64,000 nucleotides of DNA from an uncultured Bacteroidia bacterium (GCA_963540065.1 CAUTNK010000007.1:32065-96064); one strand, 5' to 3'. Positions 12,901-19,078 are shown, counted from the stretch's first letter. Notes: generated from the letters alone by a model not told the origin. Numbers and translations: made by a program.

Positions 12901-13477
12901 GGAAATCGTGGTAGAAAAAGCACCGGTAAATAAAACCTATACTCTGGTATACAAGCGCTATACAGTAACCTTTACCGCACAGGAAGGTGGTACGCTGAAA
13001 GCAAAGATTATCGATAAGCCGATAAATACGGGTGATAAGGTACGAATCGGATCTCGTCTGATTGTTGAAGTGCTACCTGATGCAGGATGGGAACTTGCTA
13101 CGTTCGATGTAAACGAGGCTAGCAAGCTTGATGAGCTCGTTAATGGCAAGAGATACAGGATGACGGTGTCGGAAAATGTTCAAATTGTAGCAACCTTCAA
13201 GCAAAAAGAGGTAAATGCTGTAGAGGATTCTCTATTTGCTGGTATCGTTGTAGCTCCGAATCCGTTTGATGCTCAGTTGTTGATACGTGTTAATGATCAG
13301 CAGATACTGGGTATGCAATATGAGCTAATTGATGCAAAAGGTACGGTAGTTCGTTCGGGTATCTTGCAATCGGAAGAAACGCTACTAGAAACTGCTGCCT
13401 TAATTCCCGGATTGTATCACGTACGTCTGCGGGCATATACGGGCGCTACCCACTCAATCCCGGTTGTGAAGCAATAG
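3953..13477 (+). CDS. 3174-aa secreted multidomain S8 subtilisin-like peptidase with a T9SS type A C-terminal sorting domain
   Basis: Single uninterrupted ORF. GTG at 3953 is followed by ATG at 3956, the likely true start. Signal peptide MRKWYIFLLILLFAPIWAFAQE. Catalytic triad motifs: IWDG (Asp codon 4655..4657), HGTHVAG (His codon 4739..4741), GTSMACP (Ser codon 5288..5290). Downstream are lectin-like and Ig-like modules, five Listeria-Bacteroides-type repeats, three CarboxypepD_reg-like modules and a CTD. Confidence 0.95.
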   Translation: MMRKWYIFLLILLFAPIWAFAQEWVELNGVRFIPEPNVALRGKGTWMELGREQSVLVQFKEIPNAKEIALWEAKGGKLLSYLGGNAYYAVLPSAKLENSKLRSVMPLKLEWKVAPELLVKDTSAKLLPEKVERERISLNFAPTVSTEQIKASIAALGSIVSFSETFATCTAEVPKENIAKLAALPWVLTVAKAEQEQELLNYSGRVLGRASVLNIPTQLGGRGLKGEGIRIGIWDGNVVWHPDFGDRIHVQENESADAAAARHGTHVAGSVLGAGVLDPLGRGMAPRAEAYTWNFNINSNGLSMQEEMDISQYKYGITLTQNSYGRYIAQICSLYKELINQQSDYELDILTNAIPTLTHVFSAGNDQGACFTATEDAWGVINYGLSSRRAKNIINVGAVDEQGRMTSFSSWGPQDDGRVFPTICAKGQAVYSVQALGGYTRENGTSMACPTVTGHLALLQERYKQIHNGEEIRNDLLRAIVANTADDAGRQHVDFQFGYGIMNAEHAVVAIEKKWWYTDKISNGETAKPVKINVPVGTKALRVMMAWNDPPAQKLYKYGESIMLNDLDLEVKVGNKTFLPWVLNTEKGKVEEVATRKPDRLNNMEQVTLDLSELNGVTEVEILVKGQRVVNGLQPYAVTYYLEEDKNPRIVWPNAGDVLEPGTLYRAILEGITGSFRVAFSSDAGQSYTDLISGTKTSTSEIFLLPADTPASSTAQLRLTDASGKTYTTPYFTLAPRVRGVVLESKSCDAKGWKLSWEKNDRIAKYTVLLRNEAEDTWDIVKEGIVETEFLIPEEIAKRYDRPILSVAATTDPGSYGIRSEAVQAKVSHPITAKQQLPFVETFIRTPSAFLKPVEVGNEIATFYRSVTFADDAPKGSNMFGCNLTSTNSKVQTDADYFDVGVNAEYMALFQICEIDLTNKPDMRLLIEGALIDASSDTPSTARFKLEDNGVVLPSQYDRPDNIQKNFVDYTKWYFRLKGGTKHTLKLTFAGSKAKDALAITRLAVEPFTTVLDLTLEEQERPEDKLRMGKEQYVVRLMNLSDVEAKNVEIRAYVNDELQASEKVESLAPQNQKDVVFMLNFATDFELGERKDIRCEIICKEDKNLDNNTLLSHVNNLGRVVVHEKTVKREVPIYGLVKKDPKLVYHLSKPIIYTDNGGALGPYLRGEISTMKFLPPDPSLRVRLTFTQFNTSKGEAILAIYTSDVPQHPELDISNTRIRSILTGDLDEEQLSFVSEAKDGGITVHFLSANNADLGKGWIAKVDFVPATNALTLVSATAKGKGTDPEGEVPVVAHVRNNWDKPLTGVNLLVWDGEKYYLRLFDQTLQPGDNTITFPDKFTVPLTKSRVVSIYVEAAEDYDGSDNELPLVVGYDKYCIPGSIKDVTSCKLAGITVNNQVVSYLQPNVGRLMYMSKDLKPKSFAPFDIYLALGKVDAHFSLEYEDAITDKSLGIWIDWNDNGEFEESEKLVAEIGENEYTKTLTINIPAGTKPGERRMRVIFSDKASVNKGTCNEASLSYGDMRDFFLNVMPGDDPTIGDIDLVSVNAGISGHDLSNEQEVKLELRNLSKTPFTGKVTITLSLDGDVKGTQEIDCTSAPWVANGKKSITLTTKLDLSPAGTHKVKVEIDEKGAEATKANNVKELEIVSIQDGQAFRAIRFLGATHEAENPKNLEYISMKPLGKTLGRYEEVTRLVEMVVKMDKPANTFFMQSENLALRAVYGLEGQTGVKDGSLVFLVGSELLLFTKEPVLTPGVWQHIAVAVYNIESPDLGYQGRCDVDVYINGEKVEVQKTGVEVPNFNNLQICRRLDGQVALFRISQKLNTKIKEDMFRYNLDIARLEAEYRFNEGKDYQTVYSRQKGNKVYEAQLILADPNSVNATGENAVWQDIPLDKLFYRIRIANQQGDWTWDATQKRYVVKFPKELDPELLKTLNFEAVQTLWPNAKLQLDGADLTDFSTQTIDLSEGKEITLKASCNVFGHDIEETVKIVSEIDKSAHFKPEKLQLLMSKNAGLKQDLNIDIYDLIYVDLDQTTGIPTDLSKVVFTFTLPTGAKATYRGQPLVSDETPVDLNKSALITITAENGVQHQYEIQLRIAQKIENWTPEALTYVYGDKLDATNNPLKATATSGLPINYITTDPKVVIALDGELHITGVGEAMLYPIQKGNEIYRKAEGVVKKVTVNKKAVTLTCTQKAYYSEPIDWEYTYDGLVAAADAYRMPSPWEMGAYTIKDADGKEFAPDDLLPVGKYKLEVKKASYTTEKYNVSVKEGTLEVLPSKHYVPLVCTVKDEQGTTLSGVTIALNATHYTTDANGTLTLSFMKGEQLAWYVFKEGYAKENGSIKIGDAETNLDVVLKTTTIVVKYEVDATTPQGSLIGDLEQHLVPGATTTMIRAIPQVGFVFDQWSDGKKDVLRVDADVKESMTLKAKFRPAVYKVRYTLGEGGKWKSDPTLATQDVEGGANAKPVEVEAADADHYFIRWSDDKLETNREDTNIQGDIELVAEFGTYLTLPQTMDFEEGAFTKSWYPLAEGPKEGKFRIETRPQLTDNSQRVALDGYFAASTSFLVTGGRVKTSLYSTRYKVDVTSDNLEVAYTYYFPVRSLVNSPKALLEYTVDGTTWLQLKEIGRILYGTEPKKDVVTVENAKFAGKEWIQFRWTYDAENDYSFLLDNIAIYVKETSKQLTYTYVSEPAAAGSFTQRVKHPIFGIEQDKPVTAPVKFNVGDVPGVLTAKANDGWKFSYWKETGSSDPVVSFIYPAIEDKTYTAVFRSTSKALITYKAVYAEGGTFKVNGVPSTQQEVEIDKDALPVEAVANPGYMFERWENGSTNPTRELKNVKKDMQLVATFVKREYKVNFYVTAEGMPIKNATVKLDKDIRKTDEQGVVTLSLPQGKYDYEVFATGYRQVMAELEVKDQDLTVALDLKSNKLDRVVLLTLKVQNEDNYPVADAEVTLGTYATRKTSAAGLLTLQPAADKTYTLSIQHPLYDTQSEEIVVEKAPVNKTYTLVYKRYTVTFTAQEGGTLKAKIIDKPINTGDKVRIGSRLIVEVLPDAGWELATFDVNEASKLDELVNGKRYRMTVSENVQIVATFKQKEVNAVEDSLFAGIVVAPNPFDAQLLIRVNDQQILGMQYELIDAKGTVVRSGILQSEETLLETAALIPGLYHVRLRAYTGATHSIPVVKQ
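13247..13474 (+). other. T9SS type A C-terminal sorting domain (Por_Secre_tail-like) of the giant peptidase
   Basis: The last 76 aa are VVAPNPFDAQLLIRV..YELIDAKGTVVRSG..LIPGLYHVRLRA..SIPVVKQ. This fits the PNP...L.I / Y.L.D..G / G.Y.V / K..K pattern of TIGR04183-type CTDs. Confidence 0.75.
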
Positions 13478-13503
13478 TTTGCTAAAAACGTAGCATTACG
13501 ATT

Positions 13504-13544
13504 AGTGGGCATCCATGTTTAGGCATGGGTGCCTACTATTTTTT
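13504..13544 (+). terminator. Rho-independent terminator after the giant peptidase gene
   Basis: A 14-bp stem pairs agtgggcatccatg (13504..13517) with catgggtgcctact (13524..13537), including two G-U wobbles. It is followed by atttttt. Confidence 0.6.
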
Positions 13545-13579
13545 AGAGCGTTCTATGCATGTCTTAAGGGAGTGTGGAA

Positions 13580-14875
13580 TTATTCTTTCAGAGCGCCAAG
13601 TGGAATAATTTTAACTCCGTCTGCACGAGTGTATGCCATAGTGCCACCAGTGATAATAAGCAACAAGTCGGGCTCTCTAATCGGCATTTGACCCTCTTTC
13701 TTGTTGTGTTCTTGTATGAGTCTTTTGAGTTCGAGTAAATGTTCGGCACCGACCTCGATTTCCTTACTGCCAAGCTTGCATTCTATCAGGGCATATTTAC
13801 CGTTATCGAGGTGGAGTACGATATCTGCTTCGAGATCGTACCGATCGTGATAGTAGGAAAGATGGCTATTCAGATCCATGGTATATGCTCTGAGATCGCG
13901 TATACACATCTGTTCAAAAATAAAACCAAAGGTCTTTAACTGCACCATCAGCGCTTCTGGCGAGATACCAAGCAACGCCACTGCAATGGAGGGATCGCAA
14001 AATGCCCTTTTGGGTGAACTCCGGATAGCAGTCTTGCTTCGAATGACAGGCGACCAAGCATCTAAGTTTTTTATAACAAAGAGCTGTTCTAAGGCTCTTT
14101 CGTAATCGGTAAAAGTATCTGCAGAAAGAGAGTGCTCGCCAGAGGCTGTTATGTCGGCCAAGAGTGTTGTTTTCTTTGCTAGGGTCGATATATTTCGTGC
14201 GTAGGAGCGTAGCAGTAAATTGGCAGTTGTGCTGTTTCGTTCGCGTCCATCAATTCGCGATATATCGTCGTCACAGACGGTACGAACATAGTTTTTAGCA
14301 ATTAAAAGTTGCGCTTTGGGTGAGCGTATAAAGAGCGATGCTGGCCAACCGCCACGTGCTGCAGCATAGATGAGTCCTTCAATAGTTATATGCGACGTTT
14401 TCCCGTCAATATCATAGCTAGGATCATTAAATAACGCCTGCAACGAGACCTCGCCGGTAGATTCTCCGGATTCCCACAAACTCATGGGTAGCATTTGCAT
14501 TTTGGCAATACGTCCTGTTCCGGAATGCGAAGTTGCTGATTTATCAATAGCATTAGAACCTGTTAGGATAAATTGACCGGGTCGTCCTCCGCGCTCATCA
14601 ACGAGTACGCGAACCGCATCCCATAGTACGGGCGCATCCTGCCATTCGTCTATCAGCCGTGGTGTTTCGCCTTTAAGCAGTAAAGAGGGTTTGGATGCAG
14701 CTGTTGCAAGATATTCCGCGCGCATGTCGGGGTCTTGCATTTTAATAATGCTTTTAGCTATCTGCGACGCCGTCGTGGTTTTACCACACCATTTAGGACC
14801 TTCAATTAATACGGCTCCAAAAGCTTCCAGAAGCACTGCCAGCATAGGGTCTGCTGTGCGGCGAAAGTATTCCAT
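13580..14875 (-). CDS. AAA+ ATPase of the COG1373 type (AAA_14 + DUF4143) with a C-terminal PD-(D/E)XK-like motif
   Basis: Walker A motif is GPKWCGKTT. The C-terminal segment EADIVLHLDNGKYALIECKLGS resembles a restriction-endonuclease-fold D...E.K motif. The ORF-track start at 14902 is a TTG. I prefer ATG 14875 (MEYFRRTADP...) because a TAacTTTG -7 box sits 25 nt upstream of it. Confidence 0.85.
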   Translation of the reverse strand: MEYFRRTADPMLAVLLEAFGAVLIEGPKWCGKTTTASQIAKSIIKMQDPDMRAEYLATAASKPSLLLKGETPRLIDEWQDAPVLWDAVRVLVDERGGRPGQFILTGSNAIDKSATSHSGTGRIAKMQMLPMSLWESGESTGEVSLQALFNDPSYDIDGKTSHITIEGLIYAAARGGWPASLFIRSPKAQLLIAKNYVRTVCDDDISRIDGRERNSTTANLLLRSYARNISTLAKKTTLLADITASGEHSLSADTFTDYERALEQLFVIKNLDAWSPVIRSKTAIRSSPKRAFCDPSIAVALLGISPEALMVQLKTFGFIFEQMCIRDLRAYTMDLNSHLSYYHDRYDLEADIVLHLDNGKYALIECKLGSKEIEVGAEHLLELKRLIQEHNKKEGQMPIREPDLLLIITGGTMAYTRADGVKIIPLGALKE

Positions 14876-14899
14876 AACTTTGAAAGATTTTAATCTCTC

Positions 14900-14907
14900 C
14901 AAAGTTA
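14900..14907 (-). promoter_or_regulatory. Bacteroidota-type -7 promoter box (TAacTTTG) for the AAA+ ATPase gene
   Basis: The minus strand reads TAACTTTG, an exact match to TAnnTTTG, 25 nt upstream of ATG 14875. Confidence 0.45.
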
Positions 14908-14934
14908 CAGATAATTAGGATATTAATAGGATTC

Positions 14935-15026
14935 GTTCGGTGTTTTTGTGGTATTTCATTCGGCACTTTTGCGCTATTTTGTTCGGTGTTTTTGTGGTAT
15001 TTTGTCTGGACAATTTGCGCTAAAGA
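14935..15026. repeat. Two-copy 46-bp tandem direct repeat
   Basis: GTTCGGTGTTTTTGTGGTATTT is identical at 14935..14956 and 14981..15002. Each copy is followed 11 nt later by TTTGCGCTA (14968..14976 and 15014..15022). Confidence 0.9.
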
Positions 15027-15090
15027 GCGTAGAACGAGGTGTAGAATGTTGGGAACAATGGGATTGTAGTAGCCGATTTCGTAGCACTGT

Positions 15091-17280
15091 CTACCATCCT
15101 ATGGCTCGCCATACGCTTGCTACTAATAGGGTTAGGAGGATTCCAGCCATTAGTGGCAGAAGGGTTGCGAGAAGCGTCCAGCGGGCACTGCGAGTCTCTT
15201 TGTAGATGGTGTAAATCGTAGTACTACAAGGGTTGTGCAATAAACAAAAGAGCATCAGGTTTATGCCGGTAAGGAGCGTCCAGCCATTGGCAGCAAAGAG
15301 CTGTTCCATAACGCTTTCATTTTCAAACAGGACGCCCGTCTCGGCTCCTACGCCTGTAACGCCATGGCTAAGCACAATGAGCATAAGGATGGTCGGGATT
15401 ACAATCTCGTTGGCAGGAATCGCGAGTAGATAGGCTAAAAGTATTACACCATTGAGCCCGAGGAAATACCCAGGAGTATCTAGGAAATTGATGATATAGG
15501 CTGCGATGCTTGTCCCGCTTATCTCAATATTCCCACTCAGCCAGATAAGTGCGCCCGCAGGCATGGCAAAAAGTACAGCACGCCCCAGTACAATAAGTGT
15601 GCGATTGATAAGCGAGGTGTAAATGGTTTGTAAAAGGCGTGGTGGGCGGTAGGGTGGCAGCTCGAGATGAAAGGTAGATACTTCGCCCCTAAGTACAGTA
15701 CGACTTAATAACCAAGAGCTTAGAAAAGTAAAGCCAACTCCTAGCAATGCTATTACAATTACGGCTAACAGACTCCCTACACGCGAAAGATGTGCTGGTA
15801 GGGCTGCACCAATAAAAAGCGTAGCAATCAGGATTTGTGTTGGCCAACGACCATTGCACAACGAAAAATTGTTGGTTAGAATGGCTATTAGTCGTTCGCG
15901 CGGACTCTCGATAATTCGGCACGTAACCACCCCCGCCGCATTACATCCAAAGCCCATACTCATGGTTAATGCTTGTTTGCCATGAGCGCCTGCACGGCGA
16001 AAAAGTTCGTCTAGGTTAAAAGCTATGCGAGGCAAATATCCAAAATCTTCTAATAGGGTGAACAGCGGGAAAAAGATAGCCATAGGAGGCAGCATAACCG
16101 CTACTACCCAAGCTGTTGCGAGGTAAACGCCGTCGACTAGTAAGCCGCTTAACCACGCCGGGAAATGGATGAATGCAGCGCCCTCACGCAACAGGGGATG
16201 AAGGGTATCGACTAGTAAAAAGCTTAACAAACTGGATGGGTAATTCGACCCTATTATAGTTAGCCAGAGGACGATGCTAAAGAGTAGGATCATGATCAGG
16301 AATCCCCAGTGTCGGCTGGTAAGGATTCTGTCCAGTTTCACATCCAAAGGGGCACGGTGTCCTGCGTAACCAAAGCGTACGGTGCTTTGTGCTAGGTTTT
16401 GTGCTTCTGCAAAGAGAGCTTGCGATAGTGTTTCGTGTAGCGACAGGTTCTCCTGGCTACGGAGCTTGTGTATTAGTTGCTTTAGTTGTAAGAGTTCGTT
16501 GGCATTTAGTGGTTGGGCGTCTGCTGCGAGTTCCGAAATTTCAGCACTCGATAGGTAGTGTAGTACCACGGGATCCTCTTCTAATAATCGTAAAGCTAAC
16601 CAACGACGATTGGGAAGCGAGGGGAAATATCGTTCTAAAAAACTGCTTACGCGTTCTATAGCCTTTTCGCTAGCCTCGGGGAGAGTAAAAGCCTGCGGTG
16701 GATACCCTGTTGTCGAGTGAGTGGCTAGTGTATGAATAGCTGCTAGTAAATCGTTGATGCCTTTTCCGGAACGTGCGCTGGTGGGTATTACAGGTATTCC
16801 CAAACGTTTGGCTAATGCGCGGTGATCTACAAAGATCCGGTTCCGTTCTGCCTCATCTATCAAGTTAAGGCAAAGTATGACGCGATTGGTGATTTGCAAG
16901 ATTTGTAATACCAGATTGAGATTGCGTTCCAAGCGCGAGGCGTCAACCATTACGACCACAATGTCGGGGCGTCCGAACAGGATATAATTGCGCGCAATCT
17001 CTTCATCCTCAGAAGTCGAAAGTAACGAATACGTGCCCGGTAGATCTACTAAATGATACTTAGCGCCGGAATAACGAAATGCCCCTTCGGCTTTTGCTAC
17101 TGTCTTTCCCGGCCAATTGCCCGTGTGTTGCTTCAGACCGGTAAGAGCGTTGAATACGGTGCTTTTTCCAGTGTTCGGATTTCCTGCCAGTGCCACAACA
17201 TAGTTTGCCCCTGCGACTCGCCCACCCAGACGATAAACATGTCTTTTAGCACTACAATTTCCGATCTTACAGTCCGGCAT
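15091..17280 (-). CDS. feoB: Ferrous-iron/divalent-metal transporter FeoB
   Basis: 729 aa. The N-terminal G-domain carries [16 protein letters not shown] and DLPGTYSL, followed by a polytopic membrane domain. Confidence 0.95.
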   Translation of the reverse strand: MPDCKIGNCSAKRHVYRLGGRVAGANYVVALAGNPNTGKSTVFNALTGLKQHTGNWPGKTVAKAEGAFRYSGAKYHLVDLPGTYSLLSTSEDEEIARNYILFGRPDIVVVMVDASRLERNLNLVLQILQITNRVILCLNLIDEAERNRIFVDHRALAKRLGIPVIPTSARSGKGINDLLAAIHTLATHSTTGYPPQAFTLPEASEKAIERVSSFLERYFPSLPNRRWLALRLLEEDPVVLHYLSSAEISELAADAQPLNANELLQLKQLIHKLRSQENLSLHETLSQALFAEAQNLAQSTVRFGYAGHRAPLDVKLDRILTSRHWGFLIMILLFSIVLWLTIIGSNYPSSLLSFLLVDTLHPLLREGAAFIHFPAWLSGLLVDGVYLATAWVVAVMLPPMAIFFPLFTLLEDFGYLPRIAFNLDELFRRAGAHGKQALTMSMGFGCNAAGVVTCRIIESPRERLIAILTNNFSLCNGRWPTQILIATLFIGAALPAHLSRVGSLLAVIVIALLGVGFTFLSSWLLSRTVLRGEVSTFHLELPPYRPPRLLQTIYTSLINRTLIVLGRAVLFAMPAGALIWLSGNIEISGTSIAAYIINFLDTPGYFLGLNGVILLAYLLAIPANEIVIPTILMLIVLSHGVTGVGAETGVLFENESVMEQLFAANGWTLLTGINLMLFCLLHNPCSTTIYTIYKETRSARWTLLATLLPLMAGILLTLLVASVWRAIGW

Positions 17281-18307
17281 CTTCTTGCCTTTCGTTTTGT
17301 TTTACCACTCGGATCTGATGCGCCTGTTCGTAACGCAGTGCGATGGTTGTGCCGCGTATTAGATAGCCACGCGGATTGCCAAGCGGACTTAGCAAATCTA
17401 CACTTACGGAGCTACCACGTACGAAACCTAAATCTAAAAGACGACGGCGATTTATGCCTCGGCACGTCCCTGCCAGATCATACACAGTAGCTTCTACTCC
17501 CAATGGTAATGCTGATAAACGTACTATCGATACCGTGGGGGCTGCGACTGGTTCGTTGCTTACTAAAAGAGCTGAGGCAAGCATATTGGGCAAGAAAAAA
17601 CGTTCGTTGTCCAGCTTTACCCAAATGCCCGAAGAGTGTTTGTCCGTTACTTGTAGGAGTGCACCGGGGTAGAAACCGAGTTGATCCAATTCTTTGAATA
17701 TAGCGATGGTTTTATCCACAAGTAGCACGACTTCGTACCAGCCGGCATGTGTTATAGCTGAGAGTTGTTGCGATGCAGGGTGCGGGGGCTCGTTTTCGGG
17801 TGTTTGTGGTATGGGGTCTCCGTGTGGATCGCGTGTTGGGTAACCGAGCGAACGAGCCAAGAGGTCGGCTTCGTGGTCGTCCAAGAGGTGTTCCATCCGT
17901 TCTGCAATCGAGTGCCATTCGCTGGGAGGGATCCCCGTACGTTCGCAGAGATAGGTCTCGTAAAGACGGTGCCGACGCAGGAGGTTGGCAGCAGCTCGCT
18001 TGCCAAGAGGTGTTAGTGTGCGTCGATCGTTGTTCAAGTAGTCGCGTTCTACGAGTTCGTCCAGCAATTCCAGGATTCGTTGTGGCGGCAAAGCGTACAA
18101 TTGTGCTAGCGATTCTATGGCAACCTCCTCGGTATGTGTGTAAAGGTATTTTAGAAGATCCTCTGTGCACTCACGTTGGGTACTGGTAGTACGTTTCCGG
18201 TCTAGAGAAAAGGGAGCTTTGTAGCGCAACGAATAGCGTCGGTGTGAGGCAGTCCACCACACCATCAACAATATCAGGATACCTATTACGACCCCTATGG
18301 GTACCAT
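17267..18307 (-). CDS. DtxR/MntR-family metalloregulator fused to two FeoA domains, with an N-terminal hydrophobic helix
   Basis: N-terminus is [20 protein letters not shown] (TM-like). A DtxR-type wHTH plus dimerisation region follows ([23 protein letters not shown]...[33 protein letters not shown]). Then come two FeoA-like SH3 modules (..FYPGALLQV.. and ..[12 protein letters not shown]...[16 protein letters not shown]..). The stop overlaps the feoB start by 14 nt. Confidence 0.85.
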   Translation of the reverse strand: MVPIGVVIGILILLMVWWTASHRRYSLRYKAPFSLDRKRTTSTQRECTEDLLKYLYTHTEEVAIESLAQLYALPPQRILELLDELVERDYLNNDRRTLTPLGKRAAANLLRRHRLYETYLCERTGIPPSEWHSIAERMEHLLDDHEADLLARSLGYPTRDPHGDPIPQTPENEPPHPASQQLSAITHAGWYEVVLLVDKTIAIFKELDQLGFYPGALLQVTDKHSSGIWVKLDNERFFLPNMLASALLVSNEPVAAPTVSIVRLSALPLGVEATVYDLAGTCRGINRRRLLDLGFVRGSSVSVDLLSPLGNPRGYLIRGTTIALRYEQAHQIRVVKQNERQEDAGL

Positions 18308-18333
18308 CTCGCAACAGTCAATTCCAATTAGCC

Positions 18334-18341
18334 CAAAGATA
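18334..18341 (-). promoter_or_regulatory. -7 promoter box (TAtcTTTG) for the DtxR-FeoA/feoB operon, bracketed by an inverted repeat
   Basis: The minus strand reads TATCTTTG, 26 nt upstream of ATG 18307. It lies between inverted-repeat arms at 18316..18325 and 18343..18354. Confidence 0.4.
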
Positions 18342-18494
18342 AGGAATATTGACTATTTAGAAGTAAACTATTTAACTATGCAGCGTATGCAATTGGGTCG
18401 TTTTTTTTTTGTCAATGTAGGGGATGCGTGCTTTTTTGAAAGTTAAGGGGATGTGCGTAGGGGTTAATGATGCATGGGTTGATATAAAAAAAAA

Positions 18495-18595
18495 GCAGGA
18501 CAAGCACCTCACATCGCACCGCTACAACCTCCTATCCTTGCTGTCTTCCGACCCTGGGGAGCTTCGGAGGGAGCTGGTCGTATGAGACTTGTCCC
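18495..18595 (-). ncRNA. ffs: Signal recognition particle RNA (small bacterial 4.5S type)
   Basis: The minus strand reads GGGACAAGUCUCAUACGACCAGCUCCCUCCGAAGCUCCCCAGGGUCGGAAGACAGCAAGGAUAGGAGG...GGUGCUUGUCCUGC followed by U9. The 5' GGACAAG pairs with the 3' CUUGUCC. The CAGGGUCGGAAGACAGCAAGG core resembles the conserved domain IV motif (CAGGUCCGGAAGGAAGCAGCC in E. coli). A TAccTTTG box sits 6 nt upstream of the 5' G. Confidence 0.8.
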
Positions 18596-18601
18596 ACGTC
18601 A

Positions 18602-18609
18602 CAAAGGTA
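18602..18609 (-). promoter_or_regulatory. -7 promoter box (TAccTTTG) for ffs
   Basis: Exact TAnnTTTG on the minus strand. Its spacing places the transcription start at the first G of the predicted SRP RNA. Confidence 0.5.
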
Positions 18610-18771
18610 TACATTCCGGCTGAAACGACAATACTTTGTAGCTGTGCGCCTATTTTGAGTAGCGCTTTTATATTTGCAGAGGGAGAGGTTGAGCGTAAAG
18701 TCTCTTTGCAGAAAGGGTATAGGTTATATTTTTATAGCATATATGCGGTTTTGTAGTTCGAAAACAATTTC

Positions 18772-18779
18772 TACCTTTG
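18772..18779 (+). promoter_or_regulatory. -7 promoter box (TAccTTTG) for hup
   Basis: Exact TAnnTTTG, 27 nt upstream of ATG 18806. A TTTG at 18750..18753 is a possible -33 element. A second TAtaTTTG lies at 18669..18676. Confidence 0.5.
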
Positions 18780-18805
18780 CGACCGTACGTTAATAATTAC
18801 TTATC

Positions 18806-19078
18806 ATGAACAAGACACAATTAGTGGATGCTATCGCACATGAGGCGGGCTTGACGAAGGCAGATGCTGCTAGCGCATTGAATGCATTGTTGAAGGTGAC
18901 GCAAGAAGCATTAGCAAAAGGGGATGCGGTTCAGTTGGTTGGTTTTGGGACGTTCAAAATCTCGGTGCGTAAGGCACGTGTGGGACAGAACCCGAAAACT
19001 CACGAAAAGATTCAGATCCCACAGTCTAATAGCGTATCTTTTAAGGTAGGGGCAGAACTCAAGAAGGCCATTAATTAA
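18806..19078 (+). CDS. hup: HU family DNA-binding protein
   Basis: 90 aa: MNKTQLVDAIA...VQLVGFGTFKISVRKARVGQNPKTHEKIQIP. This is a canonical HU/IHF fold signature. Confidence 0.95.
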   Translation: MNKTQLVDAIAHEAGLTKADAASALNALLKVTQEALAKGDAVQLVGFGTFKISVRKARVGQNPKTHEKIQIPQSNSVSFKVGAELKKAIN

